A stretch of 39,287 nucleotides of DNA from Escherichia phage vB_EcoP_PAS61: the sequence record OQ921333.1. One strand, 5' to 3'. This document shows, in pieces, positions 15,937 to 25,430 of this stretch. Every line of letters starts with the position of its first letter. Position 1 is the first letter of the stretch. Under the pieces are notes generated by a model. That model made no database searches, was not told the origin of the DNA, and saw nothing but the letters and a program-made list of their open reading frames with translations. Both the position numbers and the translations under genes were made by a program.

Positions 15937-18144
15937 ATGGCGGAAACAACTAAAGAGCGATTGAACAAACAGTTCGCACAACTTGAAAGCGAGCGTCAGT
16001 CGTTCGAGCCGCACTGGCGCGAGTTGAGTGATTACATCAACCCGCGTGGTTCCCGCTTTCTGACTTCTGAGGTCAACCGTAACGATCGACGCAATACACG
16101 CATTATTGATTCGACCGGGACTATGGCGGCGCGCACTCTCGCCAGCGGCATGATGTCAGGCATCACAAGCCCTGCGCGTCCGTGGTTTCGCCTGGCTACG
16201 CCAGATCCTGAAATGATGGATTATGGTCCTGTTAAGTTGTGGCTCGAGGCGGTGCAGAACCGCATGAACGATATGTTCAATAAGTCGAATCTCTACCAGT
16301 CTCTTCCGCAGTTATACGGAAGCCTCGGCACATACAGCACTGGTGCAATGGCGGTGCTGGAGGATGACGAGGACATCATTCGCACAATGCCATTCCCGAT
16401 AGGCAGTTACTACCTGGCTAACTCACCTCGTGGCAGTGTGGACACCTGTTTTCGCAAGTTCTCTATGACTGTTCGTCAGCTTGTTCAGGAGTTCGGGCTA
16501 AATAACGTCAGCGAATCCGTAAAAAGCATGTGGGAAAGCGGCACCTACGAGAAGTGGATTGACGTGATGCATTCGGTTTACCCGAACATTGACCGCGATA
16601 CATTGAAGCTGGATAGCAAGAACAAGCCATTCAAATCGGTTTATTACGAGGTTGGTGGCGATAACGACAAGTTGTTGCGTGAGTCCGGATTCACAAGCCC
16701 TGCGCGTCCGTGGTTTCGCCTGGCTACGCCAGATCCTGAAATGATGGATTATGGTCCTGTTAAGTTGTGGCTCGAGGCGGTGCAGAACCGCATGAACGAT
16801 ATGTTCAATAAGTCGAATCTCTACCAGTCTCTTCCGCAGTTATACGGAAGCCTCGGCACATACAGCACTGGTGCAATGGCGGTGCTGGAGGATGACGAGG
16901 ACATCATTCGCACAATGCCATTCCCGATAGGCAGTTACTACCTGGCTAACTCACCTCGTGGCAGTGTGGACACCTGTTTTCGCAAGTTCTCTATGACTGT
17001 TCGTCAGCTTGTTCAGGAGTTCGGGCTAAATAACGTCAGCGAATCCGTAAAAAGCATGTGGGAAAGCGGCACCTACGAGAAGTGGATTGACGTGATGCAT
17101 TCGGTTTACCCGAACATTGACCGCGATACATTGAAGCTGGATAGCAAGAACAAGCCATTCAAATCGGTTTATTACGAGGTTGGTGGCGATAACGACAAGT
17201 TGTTGCGTGAGTCCGGATTTGATGAGTTTCCAATTATGGCTCCGCGCTGGGAAGTTAATGGCGAAGATGTTTATGGATCATCATGCCCGGGTATGCTGGC
17301 GCTTGGACCTGTTAAGGCATTGCAGCTTCTCCAGAAGCGCAAGTCGCAGTTGATTGATAAAGCCACCAATCCGCCGATGGTTGCTCCGACTTCCCTCAAG
17401 AATCAGCGCGCCTCCCTTCTTCCTGGCGACATCACGTATATCGATCAGATTACTGGTCAGGATGGTTTCAGGCCTGCTTATCTGGTTAACCCCAGTACAG
17501 CAGATCTGGTAGCAGACATTCAGGACACTCGTCAAATCATTAACAGCGCCTACTTTGTCGATCTGTTCATGATGTTGCAGAACATCAATACCCGCTCGAT
17601 GCCTGTTGAAGCGGTGATCGAAATGAAAGAAGAAAAACTTCTGATGTTGGGGCCGGTTCTGGAGCGTCTGAACGACGAATGTCTTAACCCTCTCATTGAC
17701 CGCGCTTTCTCGATGATGGTGCGTAAAAACATGCTGCCGCCACCGCCTGACGCGATGGAAGGTATGCCCCTGAAGGTCGAATACATTTCCGTCATGGCTC
17801 AGGCGCAGAAGTCTATCGGCCTGTCCAGTCTGGCGTCCACGGTTAACTTCATTGGTCAACTTGCGCAAGCGAAACCAGAAGCTCTCGACAAACTCAACGT
17901 TGATCAGGCGATCGATGCATTCGCTGATATGTCCGGAGTGTCTCCAACCGTCATTGTTCCGCAGGAACAGGTTGAGCAGGCTCGCCAGCAACGGGCACAG
18001 CAACAACAGCAGCAACAAATGATGGCGATGGGGATGGCGGCGGCACAGGGTGCCAAGACGCTAAGCGAAGCTAAAACTTCGGATCCGAGTGTTTTGTCAG
18101 CTATGGCGAATGCAGTTAGTGGTCAGGGTGGGCAATCACAATGA
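15937..18144 (+). CDS. Portal (head-to-tail connector) protein, T7 gp8-like, carrying an internal in-frame 176-codon tandem duplication
   Basis: 735 aa; Gln-rich C-terminus recalls T7 gp8; position after terminase; internal duplicated segment TSPARPWF...LLRESGF. Confidence 0.8.
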   Translation: MAETTKERLNKQFAQLESERQSFEPHWRELSDYINPRGSRFLTSEVNRNDRRNTRIIDSTGTMAARTLASGMMSGITSPARPWFRLATPDPEMMDYGPVKLWLEAVQNRMNDMFNKSNLYQSLPQLYGSLGTYSTGAMAVLEDDEDIIRTMPFPIGSYYLANSPRGSVDTCFRKFSMTVRQLVQEFGLNNVSESVKSMWESGTYEKWIDVMHSVYPNIDRDTLKLDSKNKPFKSVYYEVGGDNDKLLRESGFTSPARPWFRLATPDPEMMDYGPVKLWLEAVQNRMNDMFNKSNLYQSLPQLYGSLGTYSTGAMAVLEDDEDIIRTMPFPIGSYYLANSPRGSVDTCFRKFSMTVRQLVQEFGLNNVSESVKSMWESGTYEKWIDVMHSVYPNIDRDTLKLDSKNKPFKSVYYEVGGDNDKLLRESGFDEFPIMAPRWEVNGEDVYGSSCPGMLALGPVKALQLLQKRKSQLIDKATNPPMVAPTSLKNQRASLLPGDITYIDQITGQDGFRPAYLVNPSTADLVADIQDTRQIINSAYFVDLFMMLQNINTRSMPVEAVIEMKEEKLLMLGPVLERLNDECLNPLIDRAFSMMVRKNMLPPPPDAMEGMPLKVEYISVMAQAQKSIGLSSLASTVNFIGQLAQAKPEALDKLNVDQAIDAFADMSGVSPTVIVPQEQVEQARQQRAQQQQQQQMMAMGMAAAQGAKTLSEAKTSDPSVLSAMANAVSGQGGQSQ
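16163..17218 (+). repeat. Perfect tandem direct duplication, 2 x 528 bp (16163-16690 and 16691-17218), inside the portal gene
   Basis: Nucleotide-level identity read across both copies; the ORF-track translation repeats the same 176 aa. Confidence 0.9.
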
Positions 18145-18437
18145 CAGATTACGAAGACGATCAACTGAAAGAAGAAAACGCCCGTAAGCAACGTGACATG
18201 GCACAGCGTGAAATTGATGACATTCGCTTTGTCATGAGCAGTGAACAGGGGCGTCGCGTTGTCTGGTCGGTGCTGGAGAAAGGCCGTGTGTTTTCCGCTA
18301 TCTCACCGATGGACGCTATGGCAATGGCATTTAATGAGGGGCAACGCAATCTGGCGCTGGAACTGTTTCAGCGCGTTATGGCGCATTGCCCTGAACAGTA
18401 TTTGAAGATGGCCAAAGAGGCCAGTGAACAGGAGTGA
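18141..18437 (+). CDS. Hypothetical protein (between portal and scaffold)
   Basis: 98 aa ORF; ATGA overlap with portal stop. Confidence 0.5.
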   Translation: MTDYEDDQLKEENARKQRDMAQREIDDIRFVMSSEQGRRVVWSVLEKGRVFSAISPMDAMAMAFNEGQRNLALELFQRVMAHCPEQYLKMAKEASEQE

Positions 18438-18439
18438 TC

Positions 18440-19135
18440 ATGAATTTATTTGAGCGTTTGCTGTATAGCCGTCTTTGCAATGAGCAACCAGTCGATGGTG
18501 GAGCAGCTCCGGCTGCGTCAGAACCGTCAGCGCCTGCAGGTGATAACCCTGCTCCAGTTGGTGATCCATCACAACAGGAAGGTGATAAGCGACAACCTGT
18601 TGCTGATGGCGATAAACCTGCTGATGACAAAAAGCCTGAAAACGATAAGCAGGATGAAAAAAAGGACGGCGATAAACCAGAGGGTGCGCCTGAGAAGTAC
18701 GAGTTTCAGGCTGCCGAAGGCGTAGAGCTGGATACAGAAGCGTTGAAGGAATTCGAGCCGGTGGCGCGAGAACTTAACCTGACCAACGAGCAAGCGCAAA
18801 AGCTGGTTGATGCTTATCCGAAGATTCTGGCAGGTGTTCAGCAGCGCCAGGCAGAAGCCTGGCAGAAAACAACCGAGCAGTGGGCTGCGGATGTAAAAGC
18901 TGACAAAGAAATCGGTGGCGACAAGTTGATTTCTAACCTTAGCGCCGCACAGCGTGCGCTTGACCAGTTCGGGACACCTGAACTCAAAGAATATCTGAAC
19001 ACCACCGGGCTGGGTAATCACCCTGATCTGGTCAAAACGTTCGTGAAAATCGGAAAGGCGATGTCTGAAGATGGCATGGTCACCGGTGGTAATGAAGGCC
19101 AGCGTAGTGCGGCCGAAGTGCTCTATGGCAAATAA
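18440..19135 (+). CDS. Scaffolding protein (putative)
   Basis: Acidic low-complexity N-terminal half (D/E/K/P-rich), position immediately upstream of major capsid gene. Confidence 0.6.
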   Translation: MNLFERLLYSRLCNEQPVDGGAAPAASEPSAPAGDNPAPVGDPSQQEGDKRQPVADGDKPADDKKPENDKQDEKKDGDKPEGAPEKYEFQAAEGVELDTEALKEFEPVARELNLTNEQAQKLVDAYPKILAGVQQRQAEAWQKTTEQWAADVKADKEIGGDKLISNLSAAQRALDQFGTPELKEYLNTTGLGNHPDLVKTFVKIGKAMSEDGMVTGGNEGQRSAAEVLYGK

Positions 19136-19143
19136 GAGAGGAA

Positions 19144-20136
19144 ATGACAATGTCTGTTAAAGGCTTAACTGCGCTAACGCTGGCTGACTGGGGTAAGCGC
19201 GTCGATCCAAACGGGAAAGTCGATAAGATTATCGAGCTTCTCGGTCAAACTAACCCGATCCTTCAGGATATGCCTTTTGTCGAAGGGAACCTTCCTACCG
19301 GACACCGAACCACCATTCGTTCTGGTTTACCTTCAGCTACCTGGCGTTTGCTGAACTATGGCGTACAGCCAAGCAAATCAACCACAGTGCAGGTAACCGA
19401 TTCCGTGGGCATGCTGGAAACCTATGCTGAAGTCGATAAGTCACTGGCTGATCTGAACGGCAATACCGCCGAATTCCGCCTGTCTGAAGACCGCGCATTT
19501 ATTGAAGCGATGAATCAGCAGATGGCGCAGACGCTGTTTTATGGTGATTCCAGCGTTAACCCTCAGCAGTTTATGGGACTGTCCTCCCGCTATTCCAGCC
19601 TGTCTGCGGGTAATGCTCAGAACATCATTGATGCTGGTGGCACGGGTACAGATAACACCTCAATCTGGTTAGTGGTGTGGGGCGAAAACACCGTGCATGG
19701 CATCTTCCCGAAAGGGCAGAAGGCTGGCATCCAGATGGAAGATAAAGGCCAGGTGACACTGGAAGATGCTAATGGCGGCAAGTACGAAGGCTATCGCACC
19801 CATTACAAATGGGACAACGGACTTGCTCTGCGTGACTGGCGTTATGTTGTTCGCATTGCAAATATCGATGTCAGCAATCTTTCAGAACCTTCCTCTGCCG
19901 CAAATATTGCGAAGTTGATGGTTAAAGCACTACATCGCATTCCAAACCGTGGCATGGGCCGCCCGGTGTTCTACATGAACCGCACTGTAGGCCAGGCTCT
20001 TGATCTGCAGTCTCTGGAGAAAACATCTCTGGCTATCAGCGTAAAAGAGACTGAAGGCGAGTGGTGGACTTCATTCCGTGGTGTACCAATCCGTGAAACT
20101 GATGCGCTTCTGGAAACAGAAGCCCGCGTGGTGTAA
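19144..20136 (+). CDS. Major capsid protein
   Basis: 330 aa; position after scaffold; strong RBS; followed by stem-loop. Confidence 0.8.
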   Translation: MTMSVKGLTALTLADWGKRVDPNGKVDKIIELLGQTNPILQDMPFVEGNLPTGHRTTIRSGLPSATWRLLNYGVQPSKSTTVQVTDSVGMLETYAEVDKSLADLNGNTAEFRLSEDRAFIEAMNQQMAQTLFYGDSSVNPQQFMGLSSRYSSLSAGNAQNIIDAGGTGTDNTSIWLVVWGENTVHGIFPKGQKAGIQMEDKGQVTLEDANGGKYEGYRTHYKWDNGLALRDWRYVVRIANIDVSNLSEPSSAANIAKLMVKALHRIPNRGMGRPVFYMNRTVGQALDLQSLEKTSLAISVKETEGEWWTSFRGVPIRETDALLETEARVV

Positions 20137-20187
20137 CGCCTGTTATTAACCTGTGGGTCGTAACAGACCCACTAATGGAGAAAGAAG

Positions 20188-20625
20188 ATGATCACCGACA
20201 AACTGTTGATGTTCTCCGAAGCTCAGGCGGTTACGAATACCGCGGCTTCTACTGACGTAATCGATCTCGGTCCAATTGACGGAAAACGTCGTGATATCGG
20301 CGTGGGTTACCCGCTTGAGTTTTGGGCGCTGGTTAACACAGCCGCCGCGGCAAGCGGTGATGCAACTGTAAACATCCAGTTGCAGACGAGTGAGAATAAC
20401 AGCTCATGGACCACTATTTATGATAGTGGCGCACTGGCAAAGACCGCCCTGACAGCAGGTAAACGAGTTGTTTCTGCAAAGGTGCCTGCCGGTGTTCAGC
20501 GATATCTGCGTGTTAACTACTCCGTCGCAACTGGCCCACTAACGGCTGGCGAATTCACTGCGGGTATCAGTCTTGATGTTGATGCCAATACGCCGTATCC
20601 GATCCGCTCAAAAGTAACTGGTTAA
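20188..20625 (+). CDS. Hypothetical virion protein (possible capsid decoration/staple protein by position)
   Basis: 145 aa ORF directly downstream of the capsid gene. Confidence 0.45.
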   Translation: MITDKLLMFSEAQAVTNTAASTDVIDLGPIDGKRRDIGVGYPLEFWALVNTAAAASGDATVNIQLQTSENNSSWTTIYDSGALAKTALTAGKRVVSAKVPAGVQRYLRVNYSVATGPLTAGEFTAGISLDVDANTPYPIRSKVTG

Positions 20626-20635
20626 GGTGATATCG

Positions 20636-20971
20636 ATGTCAGGTGAGAAACCAAGATACCGCGTTCTGCGCCTCTCTCATATCCATAACACGCTGTGGCC
20701 GGAGGGGGCAGAAATCGAATACGAAGGTGAGCCTGGTAGCGCACTGGAACCTGTTAACGATGCGGCCAGACAGGCAAAAGCAAAAGTTGCAGGAAAGGTG
20801 TCAATGGCAGCAACCAGCACCAAAATCATCAACGATGTGTCAGATGATGGTGAACTGGATAAGCTCCGTGAAGAGTACGAATTGCTCTTTAACGAGAAGC
20901 CACACCATAACGCCAAAGCCGAAACGCTCCGCGAGAAGATCGCAGATAAGCGTAAAGAACTGGGCGTGTAA
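20636..20971 (+). CDS. Hypothetical protein
   Basis: ORF with ATG 8 nt after AAGG; followed by intrinsic terminator. Confidence 0.5.
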   Translation: MSGEKPRYRVLRLSHIHNTLWPEGAEIEYEGEPGSALEPVNDAARQAKAKVAGKVSMAATSTKIINDVSDDGELDKLREEYELLFNEKPHHNAKAETLREKIADKRKELGV

Positions 20972-20988
20972 GCCTCGCGGATCAGACA

Positions 20989-21010
20989 AGGGGCTTCGGC
21001 CCCTTTATTG
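20989..21010 (+). terminator. Rho-independent terminator inside the late region (GGGGC-TTCG-GCCCC + TTTATTG)
   Basis: Perfect GC stem with UUCG tetraloop and U-run. Confidence 0.6.
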
Positions 21011-21021
21011 CAGGAGTGTAT

Positions 21022-21345
21022 ATGGAACTCGTAAACCTCAAAACCGGCACTGACAGCTACCAGGATGAGAGCGGAGAAACCAGAACTCGCGATGAATACC
21101 CGTGGGGGCTGTGCATCACTCTTAATAACGACACATTGAATAAGCTGAAGGCGCAACCTCAGGGCGTCGGAACAGAAGTGATGATAACTGCAAAGGCTGT
21201 TATTCGAGGCCTGTCTGCCAGAGAAACTGACGATGGTGTTAATCGCAGCGCCGATCTGCAGATCACTGATATGGCGATCGCTCCTGTTTCCGGGGATGTA
21301 GAAAAATCAGCGGCTGAAACTCTGTACGGCAATGGGGGGGAGTAA
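21022..21345 (+). CDS. Hypothetical structural protein
   Basis: ORF with AGGAG RBS directly after terminator. Confidence 0.5.
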   Translation: MELVNLKTGTDSYQDESGETRTRDEYPWGLCITLNNDTLNKLKAQPQGVGTEVMITAKAVIRGLSARETDDGVNRSADLQITDMAIAPVSGDVEKSAAETLYGNGGE

Positions 21346-21950
21346 TGGCCTCTGTAGTAGAGATCTGTAATCGTGCGCTGTCCAATATTGGCAACAGCCG
21401 CAGCATTAACAGCCTGACGGAAGCCAGCAAGGAAGCGGGGGAATGTTCGCTGCACTTTGAGGCCTGCCGTGATGCTGTGCTTTCTGATTTTGACTGGAAC
21501 TTTGCTACCAAACGCGTGGCGCTTGCAGATACGAGCAATCCACCGCCTGACTGGGAATATGCGTACCAATACCCGTCAGATTGTCTGCGCATTACTGAAA
21601 TTATGCTTCCTGGTGTACGCAATCCAACAGCAGCAATGCGCGTCCAGTACGAAGTGGGTGCAGACACAAACGGAACAGGAAAGTTGATCTACACAGACCA
21701 GCCGCAGGCATGGCTCAAGTATGTCTCTCGCGTTTCAGATGTAAACATGTTTGATGCCATTTTTATGGAGGCGCTGGCCTGGCGTCTTGCGGCAGCCATT
21801 AACATGGCGCTGACTGGGAATGCAGACCTCGGTACGTTTGCCCTCAATATGTACAATCGCGTGATTCTTAGTGCTGGCTCGCATAGCCAGAATGAATCAC
21901 AGGAACCTCAGCCGCCGGTTGATGAGTTTACCATTGCGAGGTTGTCCTGA
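21345..21950 (+). CDS. Tail tubular protein A-like (T7 gp11-like adaptor)
   Basis: 201 aa; size, position and N-terminal character resemble T7 gp11 (from memory); TAATG overlap. Confidence 0.5.
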   Translation: MASVVEICNRALSNIGNSRSINSLTEASKEAGECSLHFEACRDAVLSDFDWNFATKRVALADTSNPPPDWEYAYQYPSDCLRITEIMLPGVRNPTAAMRVQYEVGADTNGTGKLIYTDQPQAWLKYVSRVSDVNMFDAIFMEALAWRLAAAINMALTGNADLGTFALNMYNRVILSAGSHSQNESQEPQPPVDEFTIARLS

Positions 21951-24421
21951 TGGCTATCAGTTGGATCCAGCCCAGCTTTGCTGGTGGTGAGATTGGACCG
22001 TCGTTGTACGGACGTATCGACATGGCGAAGTACCAGGTGGCATTGCGCAAGTGCGATAACTTTATCGTGCGGCAGTATGGCGGCGTTGAGAATCGACCTG
22101 GTACGCGTTTTGTCGGTGCCGCCAAATACCCAAATCGGAAATGCCGCCTGATCCCGTTCCAGTTCTCGACGGTTCAGACCTATGCTCTGGAGTTCGGACA
22201 CCAGTACATGCGCGTTATCAAAGATGGTGCGTTGGTGCTGAACAGCAGCAATGTTATTTATGAAATTGCCACGCCATATACTGAAGCCGATCTGTTCCGA
22301 ATTAAATTTACGCAAAGCGCCGACGTGCTTACGCTGGTTCACCCGGCATACCCGCCGAAAGAGTTGCGCCGCTATGCGCATGACAACTGGCAACTGGTTG
22401 ATGTGGTAACGAAGAACGGGCCATTTGAAGATATCAATATTGACGAGTCAGTGACGGTTTATGCCAGCGCCAGCACCGGGACAATTACGTTAACGGCAAG
22501 CGCCTCTATTTTTGGCGCGGAGCAGGTAGGCAAATTGTTCTATCTGGAACAGCCTGCAGTGGATTCTGTGCCGGTATGGGAAACCAGTAAGAGTACGTCG
22601 ATTGGCGATATTCGCCGTGCAGACAGTAACTACTATCGCGCCGTTACAGCAGGAAAAACAGGCACTTTGCGCCCTTCGCATACAGAAGGCACATCATGGG
22701 ATGGCTGGGGGGGCTCCGGTGATGATGATACTGGCATTGAGTGGGAGTATCTGCACAGTGGTTTTGGCATTGCCCGTATAACTGCTGTAAATGGCACTAC
22801 TGCAACTGCTGAGGTGATTTCCTATATCCCTTCGCAGGTCGTTGGCGAGGATAATGCCAGCTATAAATGGGCTAAATATGCCTGGAACAGTGTTAATGGT
22901 TATCCTGGCACTGTTGTTTATTATCAACAGCGTCTTTACTTCGCCGCATCGACTGCGTTCCCTCAGACTATCTGGGCCAGCCGTACTGGGGATTATAAGG
23001 ATTTTGGCAAAAGCAATCCTACGCAGGATGACGACAGAATTATCTACACCTATGCCGGGCGTCAGGTTAATGAGATCCGTCACCTGATTGATGTTGGTTC
23101 GCTGGTGGCACTGACTTCCGGAGGTGAGTACGTCATCACCGGCGACCAGAACAAAGTGTTAACCCCATCATCATTTGCATTCAGCTCTCAGGGATCAAAT
23201 GGCTCGAGCAATGTCCCACCAATTGCCGTGGCGAATATTGCTCTGTTCGTCCAGGAGAAAGGCAGTGTTGTCCGTGATCTGGCCTACTCATTCGATGTTG
23301 ACGGCTATCAGGGGAACGACCTGACCATCCTTGCCAATCATCTTTTTCAGAAGCACAGCATTGTTGACTGGTGCTTCTCTATTGTCCCTTACTCCAGCGC
23401 CTTCTGCATTCGTGATGACGGTAAATTACTGGTGATGACCTATTTGCGTGATCAGCAGGTTTTTGCATGGGCACCACAATCCAGTACCGGAAAATATGAA
23501 AGCACATGCAGTATCAGCGAAAAAAATGAAGATGCGGTGTATTTCGTCGTTAACCGAACCGTTAACGGGCAAACAGTGAGATACATCGAGCGACTGTCCA
23601 GCCGTTTATTTACCAGCGATGAAGATGCTTTCTTTGTTGATTCTGGCCTTAGCTATGATGGAAGAAATACGTCTGACAGAACGATGACCATCACTGGTGG
23701 TTCTGGCGAATGGGATTACCGCGCGGAATATACAATCAGTATTTCTGGTGGTGCGTACTTCACCAGTAGTGATGTCGGTGCGCAACTACAGTTCCCTTAT
23801 ATCGGAACTGATCCTGGTACTGGCGATGAAGTGTCAAAAGAATTACGTTGCGACATTATTTCTATAACCAGCAACACCGCTGTAGTGGTTCGTGCTAACA
23901 GGAACGTCCCGCCATCCCTCAGGAATGTGGCCACCACGAACTGGCAGATGGCGCGCCGGACATTTGGAGGCCTGTCTCATCTTGAAGGCCAGACCGTAAA
24001 CATTCTCTCTGATGCGAACGTGGAACCACAGAAAGTGGTTTCCGGAGGTGCCGTCACGCTGGAATCACCGGGGGCTGTTGTGCACATCGGCCTGCCAATA
24101 ACTGCTGAATTCGAAACACTGGATATCAACATTAACGGACAGGAAACGCTGCTGGACAAAAAACAGGTGATCCCGTCCGTTACTCTGGTTGTGAATGCCA
24201 GTCGCGGCATCTGGGCGACTACGCCCGGCGGTAAATGGTACGAATATCCACAGCGTGAATTCGAGTTCTACGATGATCCTGTTGATGACGCTACCGGAAA
24301 AGTAGAAGTGAAACTGGACAGTAACTGGGGCAAAAACGGACGTGTAAGAATCCGTCAGCTTGACCCGTTGCCGCTGTCTGTTCTTGCCGTTATTCCTCGC
24401 CTTACTGTTGGGGGGGTCTGA
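21950..24421 (+). CDS. Tail tubular protein B-like (T7 gp12-like nozzle)
   Basis: 823 aa; size and gene order after gp11-like protein. Confidence 0.55.
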   Translation: MAISWIQPSFAGGEIGPSLYGRIDMAKYQVALRKCDNFIVRQYGGVENRPGTRFVGAAKYPNRKCRLIPFQFSTVQTYALEFGHQYMRVIKDGALVLNSSNVIYEIATPYTEADLFRIKFTQSADVLTLVHPAYPPKELRRYAHDNWQLVDVVTKNGPFEDINIDESVTVYASASTGTITLTASASIFGAEQVGKLFYLEQPAVDSVPVWETSKSTSIGDIRRADSNYYRAVTAGKTGTLRPSHTEGTSWDGWGGSGDDDTGIEWEYLHSGFGIARITAVNGTTATAEVISYIPSQVVGEDNASYKWAKYAWNSVNGYPGTVVYYQQRLYFAASTAFPQTIWASRTGDYKDFGKSNPTQDDDRIIYTYAGRQVNEIRHLIDVGSLVALTSGGEYVITGDQNKVLTPSSFAFSSQGSNGSSNVPPIAVANIALFVQEKGSVVRDLAYSFDVDGYQGNDLTILANHLFQKHSIVDWCFSIVPYSSAFCIRDDGKLLVMTYLRDQQVFAWAPQSSTGKYESTCSISEKNEDAVYFVVNRTVNGQTVRYIERLSSRLFTSDEDAFFVDSGLSYDGRNTSDRTMTITGGSGEWDYRAEYTISISGGAYFTSSDVGAQLQFPYIGTDPGTGDEVSKELRCDIISITSNTAVVVRANRNVPPSLRNVATTNWQMARRTFGGLSHLEGQTVNILSDANVEPQKVVSGGAVTLESPGAVVHIGLPITAEFETLDININGQETLLDKKQVIPSVTLVVNASRGIWATTPGGKWYEYPQREFEFYDDPVDDATGKVEVKLDSNWGKNGRVRIRQLDPLPLSVLAVIPRLTVGGV

Positions 24422-24885
24422 TGATCGATGTTCGAATTATTCCCGCTACCGAAGAGCATCTTCAGATGATTTTGCCGGATGTTCGTCAGGCTGATATTGA
24501 CGAACTGTATGCGGTATCGCTGATGACTACCGAAGATGCGCTGCGTGTTGGTCTGCGCACTGCGACTATGGCCTGGTCAGGGTTCGCGAACGGAGAACTG
24601 GTAACCATGTTTGGTGTATCTCCGGCGTCAATGATCGGTGGCAATGGTACACCCTGGCTGGTCGGAACCAGCCGTATTGAAAAATATCAGAAGACATTTC
24701 TTCGCCACTGCCGCCCTGTATTGCAGCAGATGCTGGCAGTTTATCCGCGCCTGGAAAACTACGTCGACGAGCGAAACCATGTTGCCAAAGCATGGCTGCA
24801 CTGGCTTGGATTCAGGCTTGAAGAAGCCGCGCCTTATGGTGCTCTTGGTCTTAATTTCCACAGATTTCACATGGAGAGAAAATAA
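24421..24885 (+). CDS. Internal virion protein (small)
   Basis: 154 aa; position between tail tube and large internal proteins; ATGA overlap. Confidence 0.45.
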   Translation: MIDVRIIPATEEHLQMILPDVRQADIDELYAVSLMTTEDALRVGLRTATMAWSGFANGELVTMFGVSPASMIGGNGTPWLVGTSRIEKYQKTFLRHCRPVLQQMLAVYPRLENYVDERNHVAKAWLHWLGFRLEEAAPYGALGLNFHRFHMERK

Positions 24886-25430
24886 TGTGCGATCCGGTTA
24901 TTGCTGGTGGCGCAATGCTCGCCATGAGTGGCATTCAGGCATACACCCAGTACCAACAGGGAAAGTATGCCTCGAAGGTTGCAGAAGCGAACGCAGATAT
25001 AGCCACTGCTCAGGCAAATGATGCAATAAACAGAGGTAACGCTGAAGCTGAGCAACGGCGCAGAGAGACCCGACAGCGGCTTGGTACACAGGCGGCGACA
25101 ATGGGGGCGACCGGCGCTGATTTATCTACCGGTAACGCGCTGGATATATTTGGCGACACTGCCCAGTTTGGCGCTCTTGATTCGCTAACGACGGTGAATA
25201 ACGCGCAACGCGAGGCTTACGGTTATCAGGTTCAGGCTGCCAACTATAAAGCAGAAGCCAGTTCAGCCCGTAAACAGGGGAATGTGGGAGCAGCAACAAC
25301 ATTGCTCACTGCGCCTCTGAAGGCATACGGTGCGTACCAGATGTTTGGTGGGACGTGGAGTCCGTTTACTCAAAGCACTCCTGCGCCAATCGGGGCAGCA
25401 GCAGGAACCAGATTACCCGGAGGATTATAA
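24885..25430 (+). CDS. Internal virion protein (Ala/Gly/Gln-rich)
   Basis: 181 aa; translationally coupled both sides. Confidence 0.45.
   Translation: MCDPVIAGGAMLAMSGIQAYTQYQQGKYASKVAEANADIATAQANDAINRGNAEAEQRRRETRQRLGTQAATMGATGADLSTGNALDIFGDTAQFGALDSLTTVNNAQREAYGYQVQAANYKAEASSARKQGNVGAATTLLTAPLKAYGAYQMFGGTWSPFTQSTPAPIGAAAGTRLPGGL

Noticed and set aside
17281-18018. 245-aa minus-strand ORF within the portal gene
   Set aside because: Embedded antisense to the portal gene; no RBS; starts with poly-Leu encoded by the complement of the portal Gln codon run
17990-18025. CAG/CAA-rich simple repeat (poly-Gln tract) near the portal 3' end
   Set aside because: Codes for the Gln-rich C-terminal tail expected in T7 gp8-like portals; not an independent repeat element or CRISPR array
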